From Thermoplasmatota archaeon (lineage in GTDB: Archaea > Thermoplasmatota > Poseidoniia > Poseidoniales > Poseidoniaceae), in assembly GCA_036160375.1 (NCBI GenBank), contig JAYYDY010000035.1, positions 13,033 to 77,032 of the forward strand: a stretch of DNA of 64,000 nt, in the 5' to 3' direction. Made by a program: the position numbers and the translations under genes. Below, piece by piece: positions 40,975 to 50,010 of this stretch; positions within the stretch are counted from its first letter, which is position 1, and every line of letters begins with the position of its first letter. The notes beneath the pieces were generated by a model that saw only the letters and a list, made by a program, of their open reading frames with translations, was not told the origin of the DNA and did not search any database.

Positions 40975-42378
40975 ATGCTTCCCGACGGCGCCGAAGACCG
41001 CCTGTTGGCGAATGCCAACATCATCGCAGATGCCTGCAGGGCAAGCGGCATCCAGCAGTGGGATTTGGTCGGCTTCCAATCCTACGGCCAGCAACTCGAC
41101 ATTGAGGCAGGAAAGATCACCATGGCCGCAGGCGGTGGAGAAGGAGGCTTTGGTGTCCGTGTGGTTGACAGTGGCCGATTCGGTTTCGCCCACCTCGTTG
41201 ATGTTGCTGGTGCCGAACGTGCGGTCAATCAGGCGGTGGCGATTGCCAAAAAATCACCGTCCATCGAGGGCTTCGTGCTTCCATCGGAGCAACCGGCCGA
41301 ACACGTAGGAGGGCGTTTTGATGCATCGTTGTTGGACCTCACTCCTGAAGACCTCCTGGAGCAAGCGGACACCATTCTCTCTGCGGTTCACTCTCTCGAT
41401 GAACGAGCCGTGGTCACCGGTGGTGGCCTCGGTATTTCTGCCACGGCAGGGTGCATGATGAACAGCGAAGGTGTGCTGTCCACGGGAATGACCACCTCCC
41501 ACGGTCTGGGCATTCAGGTGAGCCTTGATGTCAACGGTGAATTGACCAGCTCGTACCAGGGTGCCTCGAGCCGCACCAAGCTTCAGGAAGTCCCCGATTG
41601 TGTTGAACGCGCCGTTCACTGGGCGCAAGTAACTCAAAACCCACTTCAAGTTGAAAGCGAGGCTGTCGATGCCCCGGTCCTCATGACGAGCGAGGGGTTC
41701 TCTCCGTTGTTTTCGATGGTGGTTCCACCGGCCATGACCGGGGAAAAAATGGTTCGAAAGGAGTCCTTCTGGTCCGAAAACCTGGGAAAGCAGGTTATCA
41801 ACTCCACGCTGTCCCTGCACGACAACGGCCTGCTTGAAGGCGGTATGTCCTCGGGTTCAAGGGATGCAGAAGGCGTGCCTCGTCAACATCGTGCACTGGT
41901 CGAGGACGGTCGGCTTTGCAACATGCTGTGGTCCACTCGAGATGCTGCGCAACAGGTGGCGGAAGGCCGGATCGAGGCGGCTGCTTCGACCGGTTCGGCG
42001 AGTTCGGGCGGTCATCAAGCCCCACCTTCGACAGGGTGCACCGAGTTGTTCCTCACCTCGACCGAAGCACCACGTTCCATGGAGGCTTTGCTGGCTCACA
42101 TGGGGGACGGCTACGTGGTCAACAGCGTCATGGGTGCGCACACCGCCAATCCCAGCAGCGGCGACTTTTCGGTCACCTCGAGTTCCATCCTCAAGGTCGA
42201 AAACGGTGAAATCATTGGCTCACTCAAGCAAGCAGGACTCTCTGGCAACCTTGCGAAAGCGCTCAACGGGGCCGTCCACCTTGGGGCGGATGTCCGACGA
42301 CAAGGCTCGTATTCATCGGGGAGCATGCACTTGCCCGACGACCTGCTCATGGACGGCTTGCGCGTGAACCCAGCATGA
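40975..42378 (+). CDS. pmbA: PmbA/TldE-family protein (TldD partner)
   Basis: Same fold as TldD but lacking HExxxH. The ATG lies 1 nt after the tldD stop; the track ORF starts earlier, at 40900, in an alternative frame extension. Confidence 0.75.
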   Translation: MLPDGAEDRLLANANIIADACRASGIQQWDLVGFQSYGQQLDIEAGKITMAAGGGEGGFGVRVVDSGRFGFAHLVDVAGAERAVNQAVAIAKKSPSIEGFVLPSEQPAEHVGGRFDASLLDLTPEDLLEQADTILSAVHSLDERAVVTGGGLGISATAGCMMNSEGVLSTGMTTSHGLGIQVSLDVNGELTSSYQGASSRTKLQEVPDCVERAVHWAQVTQNPLQVESEAVDAPVLMTSEGFSPLFSMVVPPAMTGEKMVRKESFWSENLGKQVINSTLSLHDNGLLEGGMSSGSRDAEGVPRQHRALVEDGRLCNMLWSTRDAAQQVAEGRIEAAASTGSASSGGHQAPPSTGCTELFLTSTEAPRSMEALLAHMGDGYVVNSVMGAHTANPSSGDFSVTSSSILKVENGEIIGSLKQAGLSGNLAKALNGAVHLGADVRRQGSYSSGSMHLPDDLLMDGLRVNPA

Positions 42379-42539
42379 GTCGCCCGTTCTTTGCCACGGC
42401 ATTCTTTATGTCCTGTCGTCGTTGGTGATGTGTCCCATGGAGGTCAAGGGAGTGTCCAATCTTAACCAACCCGCACGAAAGCCCGCCGCCTGTTCTCCGT
42501 ACAGGCCACGAACAACAACGCCTGTCGGGGTGATTCGAC

Positions 42540-44225
42540 GTGGCTGAAGAGAAATATGCCGATTATGTCCAGGCCGTACTCAAGGAGTGCCCCGATGCCA
42601 AACCATCCGATGTAGCGGAGGCCTTTGCCAAGTACGAAGAGGAATTCTATATTCCACCTCAGGACGCCATGCGCTCGGTGCTTCGCCGTTTCCAAAGCGG
42701 CACTTCACCAACACCCGCTTCAGGCGGGAGTCAACAAGCTCGAACCACCAAGAAGGTCGCGGGTCTTTCCGAATTGTCGGGAACAGACCGTGATGTGGAA
42801 ATTGAGGTGGCCATCGTATCACACAACATCCGGGACCAGATGATTCGCGGTGATGAAAAGCAGATCGCCTTCGGTATGCTTGAGGACAACCCTTGGGAAG
42901 AAAACGGTCAGCGAACCCGTTGGGATTACAAGGACTGGGGTCCACATGCCAACCTCGCTGCCGGCAGCATTGTCCGGATCGAAGGAGCCAGCGTCAACGA
43001 GTACAACGGAAAAATGTCGTTGAACATCAACCAGTCCACTCGTATCGTCGTTCTCAAAGAGGGCGTAGCAACACCCGTGTCATCCAACGATCCCATCGAC
43101 ATCAACGACGTTCCAAAAGAAGGTTACATCTGTGTGGTTGGCCGGGTTTTGGCCAGCCGCCCAGACCAAATCCATCGAAAGGATGGCTCCGGTTCCATTG
43201 ATGTGGTGAGGGGCCGCCTGGCCGACGACACCGGCACCATCGGTTTCCTCTCCTGGGAGCCGTTTGACCATGAAGTCGGTACGCTGTTGAAAATCGACGG
43301 CGCTCAAGTCCGAAGTTTCCGAGATACGCCCGAGCTGAATTTCGGGAGAACCACCCGAATCGAGGTGTTTCACGACGCCAATTTCGCTGACTTGGAAACC
43401 CTTGCAGCAAGCACACTCACCACGGTCGCTGCTTTGCGGGATGGTTCCAGGGACGTTGACGCAGTGGTCCAAATCACGGAGATCACCAAGCGTACGTTCA
43501 ATCGAGACGGGGAAGAGAAATTCCTCTGGTCGGGGCAAATCGCAGACCCCACCGGTCGATGCCGTATCAGCATCTGGGATGCTCTCCCCTTCGAGGAGGG
43601 CGACCTTCCCGTCACCGTTCAGGTCAAGGGCGCCCGTGTTCGTGCCTGGCAAGGTATCCCCGACATCACGGTGGACAACACTGACCAACTCACGGTATTG
43701 GAAAACCCGCCTTGGGATGCCGGGATGGATCTGACCAACCACGCCGTTGATGTGAGTCTAACCGATGTCGTCGCAGGGCCGAGTCGTGTGGGCATGAAGA
43801 CCCACGGCATGCTGGTCAGCGTCCGAGAGGATTCTGGCTTCATTCTGCGATGCACGGAGTGCCGTCGTGTGCTTCGTGATGGCGCATGTTTCGACCATGG
43901 TGCGAACGAAGGCAACGAGGATGTACGCCTTCGACTTGTCGTCGACCACGAGGGTGCCACGGCGGCCGTGCTGGTCAACAAAGATGCCTCTCTGGCTGCA
44001 TTGGGAATGTCGGAGGATGGCATGCGTGCCAAGGTGGAGGAGCTTGGCGACCTCGGCTTCGTACAGCACGTGAGGGAGCGAATGCTTGGACGGAAGATCT
44101 CGGTCTCCGGGCGCAGTATCGTGGACGACCAAGGCGCCATGGTTCTCGCAGATGGATTTGAGATCGAAGAGCACGATGCGCAGATGCGTGCAAGTGAGTT
44201 GCGAGCTCAGTGGGGGTGGGCCTGA
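42540..44225 (+). CDS. rpa: replication protein A (multi-OB-fold ssDNA-binding protein with zinc ribbon)
   Basis: Several OB-fold-like repeats. The zinc motif CTECRRVLRDGACFDHG follows the last OB fold. GTG start. Confidence 0.65.
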   Translation: MAEEKYADYVQAVLKECPDAKPSDVAEAFAKYEEEFYIPPQDAMRSVLRRFQSGTSPTPASGGSQQARTTKKVAGLSELSGTDRDVEIEVAIVSHNIRDQMIRGDEKQIAFGMLEDNPWEENGQRTRWDYKDWGPHANLAAGSIVRIEGASVNEYNGKMSLNINQSTRIVVLKEGVATPVSSNDPIDINDVPKEGYICVVGRVLASRPDQIHRKDGSGSIDVVRGRLADDTGTIGFLSWEPFDHEVGTLLKIDGAQVRSFRDTPELNFGRTTRIEVFHDANFADLETLAASTLTTVAALRDGSRDVDAVVQITEITKRTFNRDGEEKFLWSGQIADPTGRCRISIWDALPFEEGDLPVTVQVKGARVRAWQGIPDITVDNTDQLTVLENPPWDAGMDLTNHAVDVSLTDVVAGPSRVGMKTHGMLVSVREDSGFILRCTECRRVLRDGACFDHGANEGNEDVRLRLVVDHEGATAAVLVNKDASLAALGMSEDGMRAKVEELGDLGFVQHVRERMLGRKISVSGRSIVDDQGAMVLADGFEIEEHDAQMRASELRAQWGWA

Positions 44226-45145
44226 TGGAGCGTGCAAGAATCGCTCGCCAGCCAGCCCATTTGTTGTTGGCGTCCGAATTTGGCAGCGCCACCCTCAACG
44301 AGAAAGGCTCCGGTGAATACGACCCTTCCTTCGTCATCACCAAACTCGGTGCCAAAGTCAACAGGATCGTCGCCGCAGGTTTGTTGGAGCGCCTTGAACT
44401 TCGGGAAACGAGCAACGGCTCATCGCTCTACCAAGGCCAACTTCGCGACCCTACCGGGCTCCACTACTTCTCCATCGGCGAATACAACTCTGAGATGATG
44501 CAGGAACTTGCACACCAGTGGACGGAGCGCTTGGACGACGGTGAACCTTTGTTGGTCATGATGACGTCCAAGACCCGTTGGTACCAGACCGATGAAGGGG
44601 CCGTCTACACATCGCTGCGTCCTGAAGAGGCCTGCGTGGTGAACCGTGAAGTCTACGCCAACTGGCTGCTTGACGCCTGTGAAGCCACCATGATGCGGAT
44701 GAACCAGTTCACGTCATCGCTTGAAGTGGAACCAACCTTGGATGCTTACGGAAGAGCGGGATTGCCCACCAGCCTCCTTGCTGCGCGCAACCATTACGGC
44801 GAGGTTGACTTGGAACCCTTCAAACTCAATTTGATGCAAGCGCTGGACATCGCAGAGGGTCGAATCGAGGCGGCAACCACTCCACCTCCGATGATGTCGC
44901 TTCCAGATGGAGGCGATGGTGACGCTGAGTCAACCTCCGGTGGAGACCAAGACGTTCAGGCGTTCCTGCTGCAGGCCATTGGCCATCTTGACCAGGGTGA
45001 GGGCGTGACGTTCGACACCTTGCTCAAGAACGCCGTAGCACGAGGTTTTGTCCGAGAGGTTGCAGAGGCCAAGCTGGACGATATGCTTGATGCAGGTACG
45101 TTGGAGGAGCCACGCTTTGGATGGTTCCGACTCGCCGCTCAGTGA
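44225..45145 (+). CDS. RPA-associated protein (COG3390-like OB-fold protein encoded downstream of rpa)
   Basis: Its ATG overlaps the rpa stop (TGATG). About 300 aa. An acidic linker is followed by a C-terminal winged-helix-like region. The placement parallels euryarchaeal rpa-rpap operons. Confidence 0.45.
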   Translation: MERARIARQPAHLLLASEFGSATLNEKGSGEYDPSFVITKLGAKVNRIVAAGLLERLELRETSNGSSLYQGQLRDPTGLHYFSIGEYNSEMMQELAHQWTERLDDGEPLLVMMTSKTRWYQTDEGAVYTSLRPEEACVVNREVYANWLLDACEATMMRMNQFTSSLEVEPTLDAYGRAGLPTSLLAARNHYGEVDLEPFKLNLMQALDIAEGRIEAATTPPPMMSLPDGGDGDAESTSGGDQDVQAFLLQAIGHLDQGEGVTFDTLLKNAVARGFVREVAEAKLDDMLDAGTLEEPRFGWFRLAAQ

Positions 45146-45205
45146 GGCATCCACCTCCAACACATTCAAGTCCTTCTCGCATTGTGGAAGGGACAGGGCT
45201 CCAAC

Positions 45206-45559
45206 ATGGCTGGAATGGATTTCTTTATTCGACCCGCAACCGGTACCTCGAGTTCAGACTGGGTGCGCATTGCAAACGCTGACATCAAGGTTCGAATGAC
45301 ACGACGATTGACCCGAACGGTGGTTCGCGGCCAGGAGGGCGACGACCTTCACGACGAGGGCTCCGAATCCACGCTCTACACGATTCGAGGCGAGCTCACC
45401 ATCGACGAATACAAGCGAATCGTTGCCATGTTCCGCACCGGGCAACCCTACATTCACGATCCTTTCGAAGAGCGAGATGTCAAGGTCATCTTCGCCGTGA
45501 TGGAATACGACAGCACCAACGAAGGGTTCCACTTTGAACTGCTCGAAGACGTGATTTGA
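45206..45559 (+). CDS. small hypothetical protein preceding the pilus-assembly genes
   Basis: ORF only. First ATG is at 45206; the track starts at TTG 45182. Confidence 0.3.
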   Translation: MAGMDFFIRPATGTSSSDWVRIANADIKVRMTRRLTRTVVRGQEGDDLHDEGSESTLYTIRGELTIDEYKRIVAMFRTGQPYIHDPFEERDVKVIFAVMEYDSTNEGFHFELLEDVI

Positions 45560-45572
45560 GGGGGCGCCAGGC

Positions 45573-46154
45573 ATGAGGAAGCTTGACGAAAAGCGTGAAC
45601 TCCTCTACGTGATCCGTACCATGGATGTCTTGATGTCCTCCGGCGTCGGTCTTGAAGCCGCCATTCACACCATTGGCAAGGGCGGTTATGGCATCATCTC
45701 AGAGGACTTTTCGTCGATGATGAAGCGATTACGAAAAGGATCCGGCGGTGGGCTCGACAAGGAACTCAAAGGGATGATGAAAAAAGCAGAGTCAGCGGGC
45801 TACAAGCGATTGTTGAACACCCTTTACACGAACGTCACGCAGAACACCGATCTGGTGGAGACGCTGAAAAAGCAGGGGGCTCGTATCGAAGAAGAGCGGA
45901 CGGCGGACGTAGAAAAGTACATCGAGGAACTTGGTGGTGTTCCAGAAACCCTGCTTTCCATCGGGATGATTGGGCCGATTATTCTCTCCATTGTCGGCCT
46001 TGTCCCGCAATTGATGTCAGGTGATTTGGGTGCCTTCATGTCGCTTCCCGATTCCTCCACCATCAACGCAGTGGTCAACATGGGGCTGTTCGTGACCTTG
46101 CTGGCGATGGCCGCTGTGGGGATCAAGGCCCACACCAAGGACCCAGGACTGTGA
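45573..46154 (+). CDS. type II secretion system F-domain protein, TadB-like (single T2SSF domain)
   Basis: 193 aa with two to three TM helices. The cytoplasmic N-domain has a T2SSF-like helix pattern. Precedes a second T2SSF-like gene and a secretion ATPase. Confidence 0.5.
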   Translation: MRKLDEKRELLYVIRTMDVLMSSGVGLEAAIHTIGKGGYGIISEDFSSMMKRLRKGSGGGLDKELKGMMKKAESAGYKRLLNTLYTNVTQNTDLVETLKKQGARIEEERTADVEKYIEELGGVPETLLSIGMIGPIILSIVGLVPQLMSGDLGAFMSLPDSSTINAVVNMGLFVTLLAMAAVGIKAHTKDPGL

Positions 46155-46160
46155 GGTGAG

Positions 46161-46895
46161 ATGGTGATTTTCGGTCTTCTCGAATCCTTCAACGACTCAC
46201 CGTTGTTGTTGTACCTCGGCGTGATCTCCATCGCTTGCATTGGTGGCGGGATTCCACCCATGCTCGAGCGACGCCGTCGCCGTTCCATCGAGAACCAACT
46301 CCCAACGTTCCTTGAAGCGCTCTCGGACTCTGTCGGTGCCGGTCGTGGCCTGCAGGAAGCCATGATGGAACAATCCGAGTCCAACGACGGCCTTCTGGCA
46401 AAATTACTCTCAGAGACGTTGAAAGAAGCCCACGCCTCATCGTTCGAAGCCAGCCTCCAAGCCTTTGCAGCAAAGACACGCTCGGCGCAGGTCCAGCGCG
46501 TGATGATGCTCATCGAAACAGCGATTCAACAGGATTCATCCCTCCGAGACATCCTGACCGACCTCAGCCGAGATTACGAGCGGTTGAACGATTTGATGAA
46601 CCAGCGAGAAACCGAACTCTCGGGTCGTGGCATGCTCATCATCATCTTTGTAAGCGTTGGCTTACCTGTTCTCATCGCCTTCATTGTCGGCCTGTTTGCA
46701 CCGGCCAACAAAGGGTTTCAAATCACCGCCTTCAATCAGACGTTCAGCTTATTTTTCGCCGCCGCTTCTGCGGTTGCCGTTGGTGTCTCCGGCCGCATGA
46801 TGGGCCGCCTCAAGGACACCCTCTGGTGGCTGCCCATGTGGATGGCGATTTCCATGGGCCTCTATTTGGGGGCCGTCAAAGCTGTTGGAGGTTGA
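46161..46895 (+). CDS. type II secretion system F-domain protein, TadC-like (single T2SSF domain)
   Basis: 244 aa with N- and C-terminal TM helices flanking a cytoplasmic helical domain. Confidence 0.5.
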   Translation: MVIFGLLESFNDSPLLLYLGVISIACIGGGIPPMLERRRRRSIENQLPTFLEALSDSVGAGRGLQEAMMEQSESNDGLLAKLLSETLKEAHASSFEASLQAFAAKTRSAQVQRVMMLIETAIQQDSSLRDILTDLSRDYERLNDLMNQRETELSGRGMLIIIFVSVGLPVLIAFIVGLFAPANKGFQITAFNQTFSLFFAAASAVAVGVSGRMMGRLKDTLWWLPMWMAISMGLYLGAVKAVGG

Positions 46896-46898
46896 AGC

Positions 46899-48140
46899 AT
46901 GTCAGAACAAATTCTCGAGCAATACGGTCGCGTCACGATTTACACCGAAGCCAATCACCCGTCGCCCATCTACCACGTGGATGGCGACATTCAGCCGAAT
47001 CCTTACGGAGATTTGGCTGCGTTGTTCGAAGACGATGCGCTTGAAGAAGTGATGTACAACGGTGGAACGCAGTGCGTGAAAGTGGCGCACCGAAACCACG
47101 GCATGTGTCGAACCAACATTTGGATTGACGATGAATCAGGCCTTCAAATCGCCAAAAACATCGCATCGTTCACCAACGTCCCACTGGGCGATGGCCCCGG
47201 CCTTGTCCCCATCTTTGACGGTCGCCTACCCGACGGTTCCCGTGTCAACGGCACCATCCCTCCAGTTTCACCCGACGGCCCCACCTTGACCATCCGTAAA
47301 TTCAAGGAAGACCCGTTGACGATGATCGATCTCGTGAATTTCGGTACCGTGAACGCTCGCCTGGCCGCTATGATGTGGGTGTGGATTGAGGGCCTTGATA
47401 GCCGGCCAGCCAACTTTGTCATCGCTGGCGGAACCGGTTCAGGTAAAACCACGACGCTGAACTGTTTGGGCATGTACATTCCATGGTCCCGTCGTTTGCT
47501 GACGGTGGAAGACAACGCTGAATTGCAGGTCTACCATGACCCTTGGTTGCGCATGGAGACCCGACGTGAGCGACCCGATGGTACTCCTGAGGTGGACATG
47601 AACGACTGCCTCAAGTCAAGCCTGCGTATGCGACCCGACCGCATCATCGTCGGTGAGGTGCGTGGTCCGGAATGTGCGACCTTGCTCACCGCCATGAACA
47701 CGGGTCATGACGGTTCGTTTGGTTCCCTTCACGCCAACACGGCGCAGGAGACCGTGACACGTATGATCAACCCGCCAATGAGCGTCCCTCCCATCATGCT
47801 CAGCGGACTTGATTTGATCATCATCCAAGCCCGTCTTCACGTCAACGGGAAGACCGCTCGAAAAATCACCGAAGTGGCAGAAGTCGCCGGTATGGAGGGC
47901 GACAAGCCTCGGTTGAACGCCATTTGGAAGTACAATGCTGCGACCGACCAAATCGAGGAGACGGGTATCCCCTCGAAGTTGCGCGAGACCATCTGCAACG
48001 CAGCAGGTGTCACCCCCGACGTCTTTGAGCGCCACGTCGCACAGCGTCAGGCCATCATTGAGGACCTGTGTCAGCGCGGTATCTCTGACATCCAAACCGT
48101 CACTTCTGTGGTTCAGAACTTCTACGCACAACAGCACTGA
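46899..48140 (+). CDS. type II/IV secretion system ATPase (CpaF/TadA/FlaI/VirB11 family)
   Basis: Walker A AGGTGSGKTTTLN. Walker B/Asp box RIIVGEVRGPE. His box GHDGSFGSLHAN. Confidence 0.85.
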   Translation: MSEQILEQYGRVTIYTEANHPSPIYHVDGDIQPNPYGDLAALFEDDALEEVMYNGGTQCVKVAHRNHGMCRTNIWIDDESGLQIAKNIASFTNVPLGDGPGLVPIFDGRLPDGSRVNGTIPPVSPDGPTLTIRKFKEDPLTMIDLVNFGTVNARLAAMMWVWIEGLDSRPANFVIAGGTGSGKTTTLNCLGMYIPWSRRLLTVEDNAELQVYHDPWLRMETRRERPDGTPEVDMNDCLKSSLRMRPDRIIVGEVRGPECATLLTAMNTGHDGSFGSLHANTAQETVTRMINPPMSVPPIMLSGLDLIIIQARLHVNGKTARKITEVAEVAGMEGDKPRLNAIWKYNAATDQIEETGIPSKLRETICNAAGVTPDVFERHVAQRQAIIEDLCQRGISDIQTVTSVVQNFYAQQH

Positions 48141-48196
48141 TCCGTCCATCAATGCGGGACGTGGTTCCGTACCGGCGAAGGTACCAAAGAGCGAAA

Positions 48197-49930
48197 TCAG
48201 CCGTTGAGCCGGTTCAACAACTCGTCAACCCGGTCGATTTTCCCTCGGACACGTGCGATGTTATCCGAGGCGTCCGAAACAGACTCTGCAACGGCTTCCT
48301 CTTCTTCTTGGACGGCGCCAGGAGCGGGTTTGAAACTCGCCGCCAGCGACTTGAGTTCGGTCACGATGGCGTCGACCTCGGTTTCGGTCACCAGAACACC
48401 CGGTGCAATGCGTGGAATCTCGCTGGGTGAGAGGTAGCCAAGTTCAGCTCCCAAGATGCCTGCGCAAGCAAGGATTCGAGGTCGCAGGGTGCTGGTATTG
48501 ACCTCATAGCCCTTGGATTCAAGGAAGCGAATGACCAACGCCTGTTGGGCTTCATCAAAGCCTTCTTCACCGGATTCAAGGATGGTTTGAACAAGTTCCT
48601 CAAACGAAGCAATGTTTCGCTCAAGGCGTTCAATGGTCATTCGTTCGGCCGCCGCCATGTGCACAGCGCCTCGGTGAAGGATGCGCATCATGCGTTGGCG
48701 ACGTTGCACGACGGGGTCGTGAAGCGCTTGCGATTCTGCAATTTCGATGTGAAGGTCGAACAGGGCATGGAGTCGCCCAGAGACGCTGGGCACCCGAAGG
48801 TCAAGGTCGAGGTCTCGTCCTTCTTGCTCAAAAGCCATTCTCGCCTTCACCACGTCCGTGGGATGAAGCGCAAGGATGTTCTCGAGGCGATCTCGCAGCG
48901 TGCTACGAACTTCCTCAAATCGGCGGAGGGCCTCACGTTCCGTCCATGATTGCGGCATGGCCGTCGCTGCGGTGGTTTCGTGTTGCACACGATAGTCGAG
49001 TTCCATGATCATCGTTGCCACCGCCTGGTGGACAGCAGGGATGTCGGTCGAGAAACCCTGTCCTCGAAGCGAGTGAATGAACGCCTCCATGTCGGCTTGG
49101 TTGGTGGTCGAACTGACCATCAAGAAATCACGGGCAAAGGCCTGGACTTCAGCCGCTCGCTCCCGGAGTTCCATGAGGGCCGTCTCGGTCTCAAGGCTGT
49201 GCGTTTCAGTCGTACCTGTATGCTGAATCATGGGTGGGACCGTTGATGTCGATGCTTCTTCTTGGCGCAGTTGTTGCTCAACCACGGCGTCCACGGTTGA
49301 CTGCGATGCATCGTGGCCAATGGTGGTCAACGTTTCACGAAGTTCCGTTTCATCTTCAAAGGACCATCCCTCTTCGTGTTCGTCAACAAAGGAAGCCACG
49401 GTGGACTCCACCGTGGCTGGTGCAGAGCGGGGTGCGGCTGGGGCAGCGGAAGGCAATCGTACCGGGCCACGTGGTCGGCGCAGGCTCTTTTTCACCTTGC
49501 CCCAGGCGTTTTCTTGCGAGGCAAGGACACCGGCGACACGGGCGAGCAGGGTCTGTTTGTTGCCGGACAACGGGAGTTCGAGGTCTTTGCACATGGCATG
49601 AAGTTCGTCCCTCGTCATGTCGTCGAGTTTCTCAACGGCCATCGATTTTGGGTCATGGTTAAGGTGGAGGAACAACCGTTGCCTCCGAGCTTTGATGGAG
49701 CCCGATTTCTTGATGCCAAAGACACCCAAAATTTCTCCCAAATCACTGTTGGCAATGCTTCGCAGTCCTGCGGCTGAAAAATCCCAATCGGGGAAAATGA
49801 GGTGTTGAATCAAGCGTGCTCGGAGGGCTTCAACGGGTCCTGCTTTGGAAAGGCCGTGTTGTTGAGCCATGTCCTTGAGGCCGTCGAAGCGGGCTTGGTA
49901 CAACTCTCCCAACATGGTAGATGTGTCCAT
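48197..49930 (-). CDS. SAP-domain protein (two SAP motifs), hypothetical
   Basis: LKDMAQQHGLSKAGPVEALRARLIQHL and LHAMCKDLELPLSGNKQTLLARVAGVL fit the SAP helix-extended-helix motif. Start taken at Met22 of the track ORF (48197..49993). Confidence 0.4.
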   Translation of the reverse strand: MDTSTMLGELYQARFDGLKDMAQQHGLSKAGPVEALRARLIQHLIFPDWDFSAAGLRSIANSDLGEILGVFGIKKSGSIKARRQRLFLHLNHDPKSMAVEKLDDMTRDELHAMCKDLELPLSGNKQTLLARVAGVLASQENAWGKVKKSLRRPRGPVRLPSAAPAAPRSAPATVESTVASFVDEHEEGWSFEDETELRETLTTIGHDASQSTVDAVVEQQLRQEEASTSTVPPMIQHTGTTETHSLETETALMELRERAAEVQAFARDFLMVSSTTNQADMEAFIHSLRGQGFSTDIPAVHQAVATMIMELDYRVQHETTAATAMPQSWTEREALRRFEEVRSTLRDRLENILALHPTDVVKARMAFEQEGRDLDLDLRVPSVSGRLHALFDLHIEIAESQALHDPVVQRRQRMMRILHRGAVHMAAAERMTIERLERNIASFEELVQTILESGEEGFDEAQQALVIRFLESKGYEVNTSTLRPRILACAGILGAELGYLSPSEIPRIAPGVLVTETEVDAIVTELKSLAASFKPAPGAVQEEEEAVAESVSDASDNIARVRGKIDRVDELLNRLNG

Positions 49931-50010
49931 CGTAGCCTCACCTCTACGGCTTTTGCCGCATTCAAAGCATATATGCCTTCGCAGTCCCAACAAGGAGGGG
50001 AAGGCGGTTC

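Noticed and set aside
39921-41051. 376-aa minus-strand ORF antisense to tldD/pmbA, and 21987..22847 antisense to the PKD protease
   Set aside because: No motifs. They lie fully inside strongly supported sense genes.
39531-42378. tldD/pmbA as a toxin-antitoxin or microcin-processing locus
   Set aside because: No small precursor-peptide ORF or immunity gene adjacent. TldD/E are widespread housekeeping proteases in archaea. Retained only as a context oddity in the hel308-rpa cluster finding.
42379-42539. 160-bp spacer before rpa considered as a possible tRNA/small RNA locus
   Set aside because: No cloverleaf-compatible segments or T-loop (GTTCRANYC) motif found by eye. Retained only as a probable 5' leader/promoter. 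Needs tRNAscan/Infernal to exclude formally.
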